Positions 15,534 through 23,598 of a stretch of 43,854 bases of DNA are shown piece after piece. The notes under the pieces are model-generated. The model searched no databases. It was given only the letters and a program-made list of their open reading frames with translations, and was not told the DNA's origin. Positions within the stretch are counted from its first letter, which is position 1. Each line of letters opens with the position of its first letter. Source of the stretch: a virus; IMG/VR virus record IMGVR_UViG_3300012922_000003, positions 1 to 43,854 of that record; one strand, written 5' to 3'. Both the position numbers and the translations under genes were made by a program.

Positions 15534-15974
15534 TCACCGCACCTTCTCGATCGTCCCGACGCCGCGCGCCGGGTCCACGGTCACGCGACCGCGCCGTTTG
15601 CCATTGACAACGTTGTTGACGTGCGTTCTTGAGATTCCGAACTCTCGACACATCACAACCTGAGACTCCCCGGCTGCTGCGCGTCGCCTGATCGACTCAA
15701 TCGTGTCGTCCGGGATCACGTGGGCATGACGGCCCTTGCGCGCCATGTCTTGCATGTTGTCTCGGTGAGTTCCAACCCACAGATGGTCTGGGTTCACACA
15801 CCGCGGATTGTCGCACCGGTGGAGGACGCAACTCCCCTCGGGGATAGGTCCAAGCCATCGCTCGTAGGACCAGCGATGGGCGCGTATCCATCGGGTTCCA
15901 ACGGAAAATCTTGGGTAGCCGTCCCAGTAGGCGCTAGCCGTCCACAACCAGCACCCGCTTGGACCGCGTTCCAC
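15534..15974 (-). CDS. HNH homing-type endonuclease with a C-terminal HTH-like segment
   Basis: GCWLWTASAYWDGYPRF...RAHRWSYERW.GPIPEG..VLHRCDNPRCVNPDHLWVGTHRDN is the classic HNH_3 pattern. Confidence 0.75.
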   Translation of the reverse strand: MERGPSGCWLWTASAYWDGYPRFSVGTRWIRAHRWSYERWLGPIPEGSCVLHRCDNPRCVNPDHLWVGTHRDNMQDMARKGRHAHVIPDDTIESIRRRAAAGESQVVMCREFGISRTHVNNVVNGKRRGRVTVDPARGVGTIEKVR

Positions 15975-16005
15975 GCGCGACAGGAATCAATGTCGTCGCT
16001 CTCGC

Positions 16006-17115
16006 TCACGTGATGAATCTCCCCGATCGCTCGCCCGGACGCACTTCGACCAATCCGTGCTCAAATGACCTGGTCCATCTCCCGTCGTTCGCTAGGACTG
16101 CGGTACCAGCCGGAGCGCCGAGGTTGAGGTCCATCTCCGGAATCCAGATATCGACCATCCCGCGGATGGCGGGATGCCCAGCTTCGTCCGGGGGCGGAAC
16201 GATGACGCCACACCCTTCCCCGAGAGTTGCAGACGCAAGCACGAAGCGGAGGCGTCTTTCGTCTTCCGCATGGTTGCCAGTGGCGATGATGTTCAAAAAC
16301 GAGAGTGGCGGCCTCAAGTAACGCTCTCCGTCCAGCAAATACCCCGGTCCTGGCCATATACCCGGGGCGGTCCCGACCATGTTGGATTCCCAAGTGCCAC
16401 CGTTCTGCGCTGGGAATGCCTCTCGACACCAACCGTTGAACACATCGGGGTCGCTCCCCGGACCGCAGTTGCCGACCAGCAGCTTGTCGCCGATGTGCCA
16501 GCGCAGGCCCTCGACGTAGGCGCGTCGGCCGTTCTGCCAGGCGCGCTCGAAGCTCGGGAAATCCGGGAAGCCGGCGCGCACGAAGTCGAACTGCTGCTCC
16601 GGCGTCTGCATCCACGCGAGCGTCGGGCAGCAGAGGTCGAGGAACAGACCATCGGCGAGCGCGCGTGTGCGATCCCAAGACGGCATGACCCCGGTCTCGG
16701 CGATGGCGCGGGCGTCGTGGTGAGAGAGCGCCCACGGCACCGCCCAGTGGGCGAAGTTGACGTTGCAGCCGGGGAACAACCTTCCATCTTTCGCCCACAC
16801 GAACGCCTTCTCCCCGTAGTGCGCGAGCGCCAACCAGCGCTGGTGCGCGAAGTCCTCCGCCCCGGCGCTCGGGTTGTTCCAGACTGCGTGCGCGGTGTTG
16901 AACAGCAGCAGCGTCATCGCCGGATTGCGCTTCTTCAAGGCCTCGGCGATCTCGGGATACCACAGCAGCGGCGCGGCATCCAGCACCACCACCGAGTAGC
17001 GGGCGTGGAGGTCTAGCTGGGCGTCGTTCAACGAGCCATCGGGGTTCCTGAGCGGCCAGCCGTCGCTATGTCCGCCGCGGCAGAAGCCATAGACCGAGGT
17101 ACGAGGATACTTCAC
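16006..17115 (-). CDS. TIM-barrel glycoside-hydrolase-like protein (GHL15-like, tentative)
   Basis: 369 aa with no signal peptide. The motifs ADGLFLDLC, NGWCREAFP, RFVLASATLGEG and the C-terminal W.PE.DLNLGAPAG......W.R.F.HGLVEVRP resemble hypothetical glycosyl-hydrolase family 15 as I recall it (not searched). The ATG overlaps the methyltransferase stop (ATGA). Confidence 0.4.
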   Translation of the reverse strand: MKYPRTSVYGFCRGGHSDGWPLRNPDGSLNDAQLDLHARYSVVVLDAAPLLWYPEIAEALKKRNPAMTLLLFNTAHAVWNNPSAGAEDFAHQRWLALAHYGEKAFVWAKDGRLFPGCNVNFAHWAVPWALSHHDARAIAETGVMPSWDRTRALADGLFLDLCCPTLAWMQTPEQQFDFVRAGFPDFPSFERAWQNGRRAYVEGLRWHIGDKLLVGNCGPGSDPDVFNGWCREAFPAQNGGTWESNMVGTAPGIWPGPGYLLDGERYLRPPLSFLNIIATGNHAEDERRLRFVLASATLGEGCGVIVPPPDEAGHPAIRGMVDIWIPEMDLNLGAPAGTAVLANDGRWTRSFEHGLVEVRPGERSGRFIT

Positions 17116-17819
17116 AGCGGCTCCTCGAATGGATCGGTCAGGCTACCTTGATGCGGAGCCACCGCTTTCTCGGGCGCGAACTCCATCACTTCCTGCGCGA
17201 GGCGCTTGGCGGCGATCTCGCAGTAGCGCTCCTCGATCTCAATGCCGATTGCGCGGCGACCACCTTTCTTGGCTGCAATGAGGATTGTTCCTGATCCAGT
17301 GAATGGGTCCAGCACAACTTCGCCGGGGTCGGACCACCACGCCACCACCCAATCGGCGTGCTTTGGGTAACGTGGAGTTGGATGGTTCAGCTCTCGCTTG
17401 CCTTGTATGTAGGTTGCGCTGCATTCTCCTGGAATGACCGTACGCCCCTCAGCCCGCGCGATGTATTCACCGAACCCGTATAGCACGTCCCCCGAGACAA
17501 GGGTGCGTGAGTTATACCCGGGAATGGCGCGACGAAGATAAGAGACGCGCAGGAATGGCCATCGATCAGGAACCGAGCGCAGCATTCGTGGATCCGTGCC
17601 ACAGCCGAGCCAGATCGCTAGACGTTTGACAGAAGGCGCGGCGGACAAAGCCTCTCTCAAGAGCGCTTCTGGCCGGTCCCAGCCTTCTAGGCCATCGTGG
17701 GAGTTGGTCCACACCGGGTCTGTTATCAGGCTGTCGGCGGAGAGCCCCGGGAGCACCTCCCTGCAATCCCCGTGGTAGATGGTGATGCCGGCGTAGTCGT
17801 AGTAGGGCTTCACGGGCAC
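17112..17819 (-). CDS. DNA methyltransferase, beta-class N6/N4 family, with an atypical DPVW motif IV
   Basis: TIYHGDCREVLPGL....LITDPVW (motif IV variant of DPPY/W), then later VLDPFTGSGTILIAAKKGGRRAIGIEIEERY (motif I). Confidence 0.8.
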   Translation of the reverse strand: MPVKPYYDYAGITIYHGDCREVLPGLSADSLITDPVWTNSHDGLEGWDRPEALLREALSAAPSVKRLAIWLGCGTDPRMLRSVPDRWPFLRVSYLRRAIPGYNSRTLVSGDVLYGFGEYIARAEGRTVIPGECSATYIQGKRELNHPTPRYPKHADWVVAWWSDPGEVVLDPFTGSGTILIAAKKGGRRAIGIEIEERYCEIAAKRLAQEVMEFAPEKAVAPHQGSLTDPFEEPL

Positions 17820-17853
17820 GGCGTCATCCTCCCGTGCGAGACGTAGCCCGACC

Positions 17854-18201
17854 TCACTCTGCCGCCTCGTAGGTGGCCTCGAAGATGTCGGGCTTCACCG
17901 GATAGAACTCACCATTGATCCCGGTCACGATCCAGTCGCCCGGGCAGACCGTGTGCCCGCCCTCGGGGGTGTCGATCCATCCATGCTCGTGCATCGTGCG
18001 CCCACAGGGCACAGACCTAAGGCACATCGCGTCGCCTGAAATCGCGGGGTGCCGGAAGTAGCGCACGACCTTCCCCTCCAGCAACTCGCCCGCGAACTCT
18101 CCGCCGTCAAACCGCTCGGTTCCGTCGTTAGGATGGTCGCCGTTTTTCCACCACCGGTGCGCCTCAATCACGATCGGCTTTTTGCGGTACTTGGTCGTCA
18201 T
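17854..18201 (-). CDS. PGDYG-like small phage protein
   Basis: 115 aa from the ATG at 18201 (ATGA coupling). KKPIVIEAHRW...CPGDWIVTGINGEFYPVKPDIFEATYE. Confidence 0.5.
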   Translation of the reverse strand: MTTKYRKKPIVIEAHRWWKNGDHPNDGTERFDGGEFAGELLEGKVVRYFRHPAISGDAMCLRSVPCGRTMHEHGWIDTPEGGHTVCPGDWIVTGINGEFYPVKPDIFEATYEAAE

Positions 18202-18716
18202 GGACACGGCACCATCCTCCCCCTGTAGAACCACTCGGGCGGTCCGGGCTCCCTGCGCGAGCACTGGCAGATCGCCGCGCGGTCGCGCTCCTGCAGTTCG
18301 TCCCACGACAACGCCTCGGCCCCAGGCGTCTGCGCCATCGTCAGCGTCCACCACAGGCGCCCGCCCTGGGTGCGCTGCCAGTGCGTGCCGGGCGGACATG
18401 ACCACAGCGTGTCTCCGAGCCCGGCCACCGCGATCACACCGTTCGACCACTCGGCGATCTTGCTGTTCGAGTCCACCGCCGCGACGCGATACATGCGCCA
18501 GCGCTGATCCTGAGAGAGCGAGACGTAGACGTGCTCCGAATCTCCGGCAGCGCGCTTGGGGACGGGAGGACCGGCAGTCGGAAATGGCGCAGAGTAGAGC
18601 CGAGGCAGCCAGGCGTATCCGGTGGCGTCGTTGGCGCGGCACTGGTAGGACGCGAGAGGCGCTTGCGACCGCGGCGTAGTGAAGGTCAGGTGCAGCCACA
18701 CCGCGAGGACGATCAT
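18198..18716 (-). CDS. Hypothetical protein with a hydrophobic N-terminus
   Basis: 172 aa from the ATG at 18716, preceded by GGAGGT. Starts MIVLAVWLHLTF. Trimmed from the track ORF. Confidence 0.5.
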   Translation of the reverse strand: MIVLAVWLHLTFTTPRSQAPLASYQCRANDATGYAWLPRLYSAPFPTAGPPVPKRAAGDSEHVYVSLSQDQRWRMYRVAAVDSNSKIAEWSNGVIAVAGLGDTLWSCPPGTHWQRTQGGRLWWTLTMAQTPGAEALSWDELQERDRAAICQCSRREPGPPEWFYRGRMVPCP

Positions 18717-18886
18717 GGGGACCTCCGTATCTGGTCGCCGACGATTACAACCAGAATGGCGATCAGCAACCAGTTCGACGCGCGGCTGAATCCCAGTTCC
18801 GGCCCAAAAATGAACGGCGAGACAAATGATGTTACGACGAAGCCGGCCGCCACCGAGTATTCGATTCTCCACTTCAATCCGCCCAT
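18713..18886 (-). CDS. Small two-TM membrane protein
   Basis: 57 aa from the ATG at 18886 (GGAGAGAGGA upstream). Sequence is MGGLKWRIEYSVAAGFVVTSFVSPFIFGPELGFSRASNWLLIAILVVIVG. Confidence 0.45.
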   Translation of the reverse strand: MGGLKWRIEYSVAAGFVVTSFVSPFIFGPELGFSRASNWLLIAILVVIVGDQIRRSP

Positions 18887-19179
18887 CGTCCTCTCTCCGC
18901 CGGAGCCAGCCGGTCGCGTTCGGCTCTCAGCGCCAGCCGGATCGCCGCGCGGTCGGGACGGCGGCCCTTGGCGGTCCAGGCGATCAGGCGCAGCACAGTG
19001 CGCGCAGTGCACATGTTAGCGTCGAGCCATATCATGGCGGCGTCCGGGTTGTTGTGCCACCAGAAATGACAACGATGGCAGACGGCGAGCCCGTTCCGAA
19101 TGTCCCAGCGCAGACACTGAATGTTTCGCCGGTAGATGTGGTGGTGCTGAAGCCATTCGTCGCGTCCCTTGCAATGCAT
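18874..19179 (-). CDS. Small His/Cys-rich protein, HNH/NinG-like (tentative)
   Basis: 101 aa. Contains HHHIYRRNIQCLRWDIRNGLAVCHRCHFWWHNNP. Confidence 0.4.
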   Translation of the reverse strand: MHCKGRDEWLQHHHIYRRNIQCLRWDIRNGLAVCHRCHFWWHNNPDAAMIWLDANMCTARTVLRLIAWTAKGRRPDRAAIRLALRAERDRLAPAERGRWAD

Positions 19180-19212
19180 CCCGATCTCGCATTTGCCTAA
19201 GAGCCGGCGCGG

Positions 19213-19506
19213 TCATTCGAACTCCTCATCCAGCGTCACCGCCACATCGCCGCAGATCGGAGCGGTCGTTCCGGGGCGGCAGACCGAGTGATAGAGCTTC
19301 GTCGCCTCGGGGTTTACCGGGCGGCCGTCAACCATGCCGGTATCGTCCACGGCCATCACTCGCCCATCGTGCAGGTTCACGAAGTCCAACCCCTGCGGCG
19401 CCGCGATCATTCTCCTGATCCAGTCAAGCAAGATGTGACGGCCAACCTCATGCTGCTCTCGACTCCCGCTGACACGAACGATCTCGACCTTCGCCAGCGT
19501 GCTCAT
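19213..19506 (-). CDS. DUF3846-like protein
   Basis: 97 aa from the ATG at 19506 (GGGAGGA upstream). LDFVNLHDGRVMAVDDTGMVDGRPVNPEATKLY...ICGDVAV resembles the DUF3846 pattern. Confidence 0.5.
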   Translation of the reverse strand: MSTLAKVEIVRVSGSREQHEVGRHILLDWIRRMIAAPQGLDFVNLHDGRVMAVDDTGMVDGRPVNPEATKLYHSVCRPGTTAPICGDVAVTLDEEFE

Positions 19507-19954
19507 CGCGTCCTCCCGGTCCTGCGTTGACTCGCGGCGGCCCCCATGTGGACCGTAGTGGTCGGGGCGTAGCACCGTATCTCCTCTCCCCGTCCAGACG
19601 GCTTGTCGCCGAGGTGCATGGGCTCCCACCTTGGTTGCCGCCGCTTCCACTTTCGCTCGCGTGGCCGGTTCGTCTAGGTCTCGCCGAACGGTTAGACGCT
19701 CTCCCGGACCTGAGCCTCAACGGTGCTCCAACGCCGGATTCATTCCCACCAGCGCCGGGCCGCACGCGAGCACGATTGGTCGGTGCATGGGTGTTGCGAC
19801 TTGGGCTAGATGATGCCGCGGCCGGCGACGGCAGGTGGCTGCGATCCCCAACTTCCTCGCTCCTTCGGGCAGATAACACCAGCGGTCGCATCGTTCTCAC
19901 CCATGCACCGATTTCTGACGCGGGCCGCTGCGGGATGCACGGTCGCAGCGTCAC
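19507..19954 (-). other. ORF-free 448-nt structured segment inside the early operon
   Basis: No protein-like frame. 13-bp inverted repeat cggtgcatgggtg (19781..19793) / cacccatgcaccg (19898..19910), extended by tgcgac/gtcgca (19795..19800 / 19885..19890). A third copy, ggtgcatggg, lies at 19613..19622. An additional hairpin cgtcta...tagacg lies near 19670..19699. Confidence 0.5.
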
Positions 19955-20704
19955 TCACCTGTTGACCACGCTCTCGACCGCCTCGAATCGCATCCCGCGC
20001 CACACCACGCTCTCGCCAGGCGCGGGTTTCTGCGCTCCACCTGAGAGCACCGCCGAGGCGAACATCGCGCGCGCCACGGCTGGGATGATGGCGAGGCACT
20101 CGACCGGAGCCTGTGCCGGATCGACGATCTCCACCGGGTTGATGCGCACCTGGGTGTGTGACGCGCCGAGGCCACCGACGGCGATCTTCTTCGGTGGCTC
20201 CTGCACAGCGATCTCCGCAGGCGGTGGGGCGTCCTCGCCCAACATCGCGGCCTCCGATGCCGCCGCCGCCTGCGCTTCTCTGGCTTCGCGCTCGAGCCGC
20301 TCCTGCGCGGTGCGGGCACGGCGCTCCTGCTCGCGTTTGTAGGCGAGCTGGGCGTCGTTGCCGTAGTTCTTCGCGGTGTCGAGCTTGGTGCGCCACTCGT
20401 TCGTGCGGTTTCTGACCGCCGTCTCCATCGCTTTCGGGATGCGCAGCAGCAGGCCCTCTTCGAGTTTGAGCACCTTCTCGCCCGCGATCACCTGCTTGAC
20501 TGCATCGAAGAGCGCCGCAGCCTCGGCGTCGTTCTGCACCAGCACGCCCGGGATGATCGCCTCTGCGGCCGCCAGCGCCGCGACCACCTCCGGCTTCGTG
20601 CGAATGCGCTCCGCGACGGTGCCCATCGCGACCGCGAGCCGGTGTTCCACGCTGGCGGGGCTGGCGACCAGCGCCTCGGTGAGAGTCGGAGCGGTCGTGG
20701 TCAT
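19955..20704 (-). CDS. Coiled-coil protein of the recombination module, unknown function
   Basis: 249 aa from the ATG at 20704 (ATGA coupling). Contains a central charged helix KREQERRARTAQERLEREAREAQAAAASEAA. Confidence 0.55.
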   Translation of the reverse strand: MTTTAPTLTEALVASPASVEHRLAVAMGTVAERIRTKPEVVAALAAAEAIIPGVLVQNDAEAAALFDAVKQVIAGEKVLKLEEGLLLRIPKAMETAVRNRTNEWRTKLDTAKNYGNDAQLAYKREQERRARTAQERLEREAREAQAAAASEAAMLGEDAPPPAEIAVQEPPKKIAVGGLGASHTQVRINPVEIVDPAQAPVECLAIIPAVARAMFASAVLSGGAQKPAPGESVVWRGMRFEAVESVVNR

Positions 20705-20943
20705 GGCGTCGGCCACTTTCCCGAGCGCATCAACTCGTCGGCGAGGTCCGAGACGGTCTTGCCCTGCACCTGATCGAGTGTCCACTGACCGGCGAGCGTC
20801 CAGGTTCCGACCTCGCCGCAGTCGCAGCGCATGAGCAGAACGGTGCTCTGGATCGCGGTCGGCGAGATCACGCTCATCGGCATCTCGCGGTGCTGAATCG
20901 CGAACGGCCGCATCTTGTGCCGGTGCGTCCAAGGCCACTTCAC
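20701..20943 (-). CDS. Hypothetical protein
   Basis: 80 aa, with a GTGA overlap at the start and an ATGA overlap at the stop. Confidence 0.5.
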   Translation of the reverse strand: MKWPWTHRHKMRPFAIQHREMPMSVISPTAIQSTVLLMRCDCGEVGTWTLAGQWTLDQVQGKTVSDLADELMRSGKWPTP

Positions 20944-21158
20944 GGCTGCACCTCCTCACTCGGCTTGTCGAGTTGCCGCTGGCGCACTTCGGCGTCGAGT
21001 GCGTCCCATAGTTCGTCCTGCATCTTCGGGTGCCCGCCTGCGCGCTCCGCCTGCTCCTTCCGCCAGACGTTCAGCAGGTGCACGCCGTGCATGTCCTCGA
21101 TCAGCAGGTTCTCCTTCTTCGACGAACTCCAGTAGCGTACCAGCCCGTAGCGGCTCAT
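20940..21158 (-). CDS. Hypothetical protein
   Basis: 72 aa. The ATG overlaps the RecT-like stop (ATGA). Normal composition. Confidence 0.5.
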   Translation of the reverse strand: MSRYGLVRYWSSSKKENLLIEDMHGVHLLNVWRKEQAERAGGHPKMQDELWDALDAEVRQRQLDKPSEEVQP

Positions 21159-22477
21159 CGCCTGCTCCTCTCCGCCTCGTCGCAGTCCTCGGCGAGCACC
21201 TTGTAGAGCCCCTCCAACGCCTGCTGGTCGATCTTCTGCGCCCCATCCTTCTGCATGTGCACCGAGGTCGGGTAGCCCAACTTCCCGAATGTCTCCTGGT
21301 CGATGAACCAGTAGGAGTGGCTACCGGTCGGAGACTCCTTCAAGAACTGGCGCTTGAAGATCCCGCGCGCGCGCTTCACAAGCACGAGGAACGAGTCGTA
21401 GGTGATCGCGCCATCCTCGTCGGGCGGCCCGTAGTCCGGCGCTTCGTGCACCGGCGTCGTCTCTGGCTCCGGTGGTGTCTCGGGCTCCGGCGCGGCGTCC
21501 GTGACCTCGCCGGTCTCGGGATCGACGATCTCGCCCGTCTCCGGGTCGACGTGCTCCTCGGGCTTCGCAGCCTTCGCCTTGCGCGCGTCGTACTCGGTCA
21601 GGTACGAGATCATCTGCTCCGCCTCCACCGGGCCGAGCTCGTCCACCCGCGAGAACACGCGCCTGGGGTTCGCGCCAGTCTGCTCCTTCACCATCTGATT
21701 GTAGAGGATGGTGGTTTTCTGGAGCGCCTCGGCTGGCTTCATGGAACCGTACCGCTTCGCCAGCATGTCGGAAAGCCGCAGGATTGGCGAGCGCCCCGCG
21801 GCTGGCGGTGGCGCCGTGGCCTTCGCCTTCTTCTTCGCAGGCTCCGGCTTCTCGCCCTCGCCAGTGATCGCCTTGTCGAGCGCATCCGGCGGCCGCTGCG
21901 GCGGAGGCTCTACCGCATCGTCGTCGTACCGCGTCGGCGGCAGGCCCATGAGGATGTGCGCGCCGATCACGTCGGCGCCGCGCTTGTAGCACTGCTTGAA
22001 TAGCATCTCGACCGGATTCGACTTGTAGGTCTCCTTCGCCGCGAGCCCCTGCCGCTGCGCGTCCGCCATCGTGTAGATCTCGGTGTGCTCGTTGCCGTCG
22101 CCGTCCGCGAAGTAGAGTTCGCACTTCTCTGGCGTCTTGGCAATCACCTTGAACTTGAAGCCCGGCAGCCGCGACTTGAGCAGCGCGTGGAGGAACTCCC
22201 AGCGCGGCTCGATCACGGTGCGCTTGCGACCGCCGCGCTCCATCTCGATCGCCCACACGCTCGTCATGTAGGTGGCGGGGTGCACCATGAGCGCGTCGGC
22301 GTTCCAGCAGGCCGCGAGGATCTTCGGCACGGTGTCGTAGCCGTAGGCGGAGAACACCATCGCCGCAGCGGTGCTGCTGATCTGCTGGAAGGCTTTGACC
22401 TTCTCCTCCAGCGTTCCAGTGACGACCGCCAGGGCCAGCGAGGTCGTCGGCTTGTCGTCTGTCACAAGGCCCTCCAT
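21155..22477 (-). CDS. RecT-like single-strand annealing protein with a long C-terminal extension
   Basis: The N-terminal ~200 aa (YTMADAQRQGLAAKETYKSNPVEMLFKQCYKRGADVIGAHILMG) fit the RecT pattern. A Lys/Pro linker, the duplicated VDPETGEIVDPETGEV and an extra domain follow. The ATG at 22477 is preferred over the TTG at 22480. Confidence 0.55.
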   Translation of the reverse strand: MEGLVTDDKPTTSLALAVVTGTLEEKVKAFQQISSTAAAMVFSAYGYDTVPKILAACWNADALMVHPATYMTSVWAIEMERGGRKRTVIEPRWEFLHALLKSRLPGFKFKVIAKTPEKCELYFADGDGNEHTEIYTMADAQRQGLAAKETYKSNPVEMLFKQCYKRGADVIGAHILMGLPPTRYDDDAVEPPPQRPPDALDKAITGEGEKPEPAKKKAKATAPPPAAGRSPILRLSDMLAKRYGSMKPAEALQKTTILYNQMVKEQTGANPRRVFSRVDELGPVEAEQMISYLTEYDARKAKAAKPEEHVDPETGEIVDPETGEVTDAAPEPETPPEPETTPVHEAPDYGPPDEDGAITYDSFLVLVKRARGIFKRQFLKESPTGSHSYWFIDQETFGKLGYPTSVHMQKDGAQKIDQQALEGLYKVLAEDCDEAERSRR

Positions 22478-22588
22478 CAAACAGAATCGCCACCTAGTCT
22501 CGCGCTCGGATGGGCCTTGTCACCCGTGCGATTTCAGTGGCGATTCATCGAGGCCCATCCGACCTACGCGGGAAGATAGACCGCGACC

Positions 22589-22613
22589 CCTCTTGAGCGC
22601 AAGAGGTTTCTTT
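22589..22613 (+). terminator. Stem-loop with T-tract (CCTCTTG-agcg-CAAGAGG-TTTCTTT) at the late/early operon boundary
   Basis: Read directly. The T-tract follows the stem only on the plus strand. On the minus strand the hairpin sits immediately after the stop at 22613. Confidence 0.55.
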
Positions 22614-22753
22614 CAGCGCCTCGCAGTCGTGTCGGGCGCGGTCGGAAGCGGGCGCTTCTGCACCATGCCGATGCCCACGAGGTAGCCGCAGCCGGCGGCG
22701 ATGACCAGCGCCCCGAGGAACGCCACCAGCACGATGACCCGGCCCCGCCGCAT
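22613..22753 (-). CDS. 46-aa membrane protein/lipoprotein candidate (lipobox-like IAAGC); possible o-spanin
   Basis: Below the track size cut-off. ATG at 22753, sharing one nucleotide with the upstream TGA. Sequence is MRRGRVIVLVAFLGALVIAAGCGYLVGIGMVQKRPLPTAPDTTARR. Confidence 0.4.
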   Translation of the reverse strand: MRRGRVIVLVAFLGALVIAAGCGYLVGIGMVQKRPLPTAPDTTARR

Positions 22754-23028
22754 CAGACGCTCAGGCGCCAGGCGTGCGGGTCGGTGCCGGTGGTGCCACT
22801 GATGATGTCGCGTGCGATGCCGGCCAGCATGGCGGCAGCCTGCGCCGGATCCAGGTAGGGCCGCAGCGTCGATTCCAGCAACGCCGTCAGCTTGGTGATC
22901 TGCGTCTCGGCGTCTGGGAACTCGGTCTTGATCTTGACCAGCTCGGTCTTGATCTCATCGAGCAGCCCGCCGGGGGCGCCGATGGACGCGAGCAGCCGTT
23001 CGAGAATCCCGAAGATGGTGAGTGCCAT
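22753..23028 (-). CDS. Hypothetical protein
   Basis: 91-aa ORF with normal composition. Confidence 0.5.
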   Translation of the reverse strand: MALTIFGILERLLASIGAPGGLLDEIKTELVKIKTEFPDAETQITKLTALLESTLRPYLDPAQAAAMLAGIARDIISGTTGTDPHAWRLSV

Positions 23029-23040
23029 CGAAGCGCCTCC

Positions 23041-23589
23041 TTACGGGTAGATGAGTCCGGTTCCGACCGGCCGGACGAACTCGTAGTCGCCGTCCGCCGT
23101 GGTCTTGCCGAATGCGTGTGCAAACGACGCGGCGAGCGCGAATCGCGAACTCACCGCGTAGGATCCGGACAGGTGGGCTTCCGTCCCACGCCAGCGCCGC
23201 ACGCTGCTCTCGCCCTGCCACATCGCGCCCCCACCGATCCCGAGCGAGAACTTCGACTGCACCAGCGGCGGCGGATAGACCAGCAGGTTTGCGCACAGGC
23301 GGACATCGTTGATGTGCCCGTCGTCGCGGGAGAAGGGGAACCCGTGCTCGAGCACCAGGTAGGTCGAGAGCCGCGGGTGCCACGAGTAGGTGAGCGCTCC
23401 GGCGAGCGAGGCCCCCCGCCAGTCAGGGTTCTCGCCCGACTTCGTGAACCACAGTCCGCCAGCCTGCCACGAGAGCGAGGTGCGTTCCTGCCAGTCGAAC
23501 AGCGAGTAGCGCTCCTGCGCCCGGCCTGCGCGCGGGAGCACCGCAGCCAGCAGTAGCGCGAGGATCAGAAAGCGTGCGAATCGGTGCAT
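23041..23589 (-). CDS. Exported beta-barrel outer-membrane-protein-like protein
   Basis: Signal peptide MHRFARFLILALLLAAVLPRAGRAQ. Alternating-hydrophobicity strands (LSGSYAVSSRFALAASFAHAF, FSLGIGGGAMW, TYLVLEHGFPF). ATG preceded by AAGGGGGA. Confidence 0.45.
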   Translation of the reverse strand: MHRFARFLILALLLAAVLPRAGRAQERYSLFDWQERTSLSWQAGGLWFTKSGENPDWRGASLAGALTYSWHPRLSTYLVLEHGFPFSRDDGHINDVRLCANLLVYPPPLVQSKFSLGIGGGAMWQGESSVRRWRGTEAHLSGSYAVSSRFALAASFAHAFGKTTADGDYEFVRPVGTGLIYP

Positions 23590-23598
23590 CGGTCCCCC

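Noticed and set aside
19660-19760. Possible tRNA-like element (ggttcg..., ggattcattcc)
   Set aside because: I could not build an acceptor stem, a D arm or a T-loop consensus (GTTCRANYC) on either strand. Only a simple hairpin is present.
19448-20342. ORFs 19448..19954 (-) and 19527..20342 (+) covering the non-coding gap
   Set aside because: The translations are low-complexity and rich in Arg/Ser/Pro/Gly. The plus-strand ORF is antisense to a well-supported gene.
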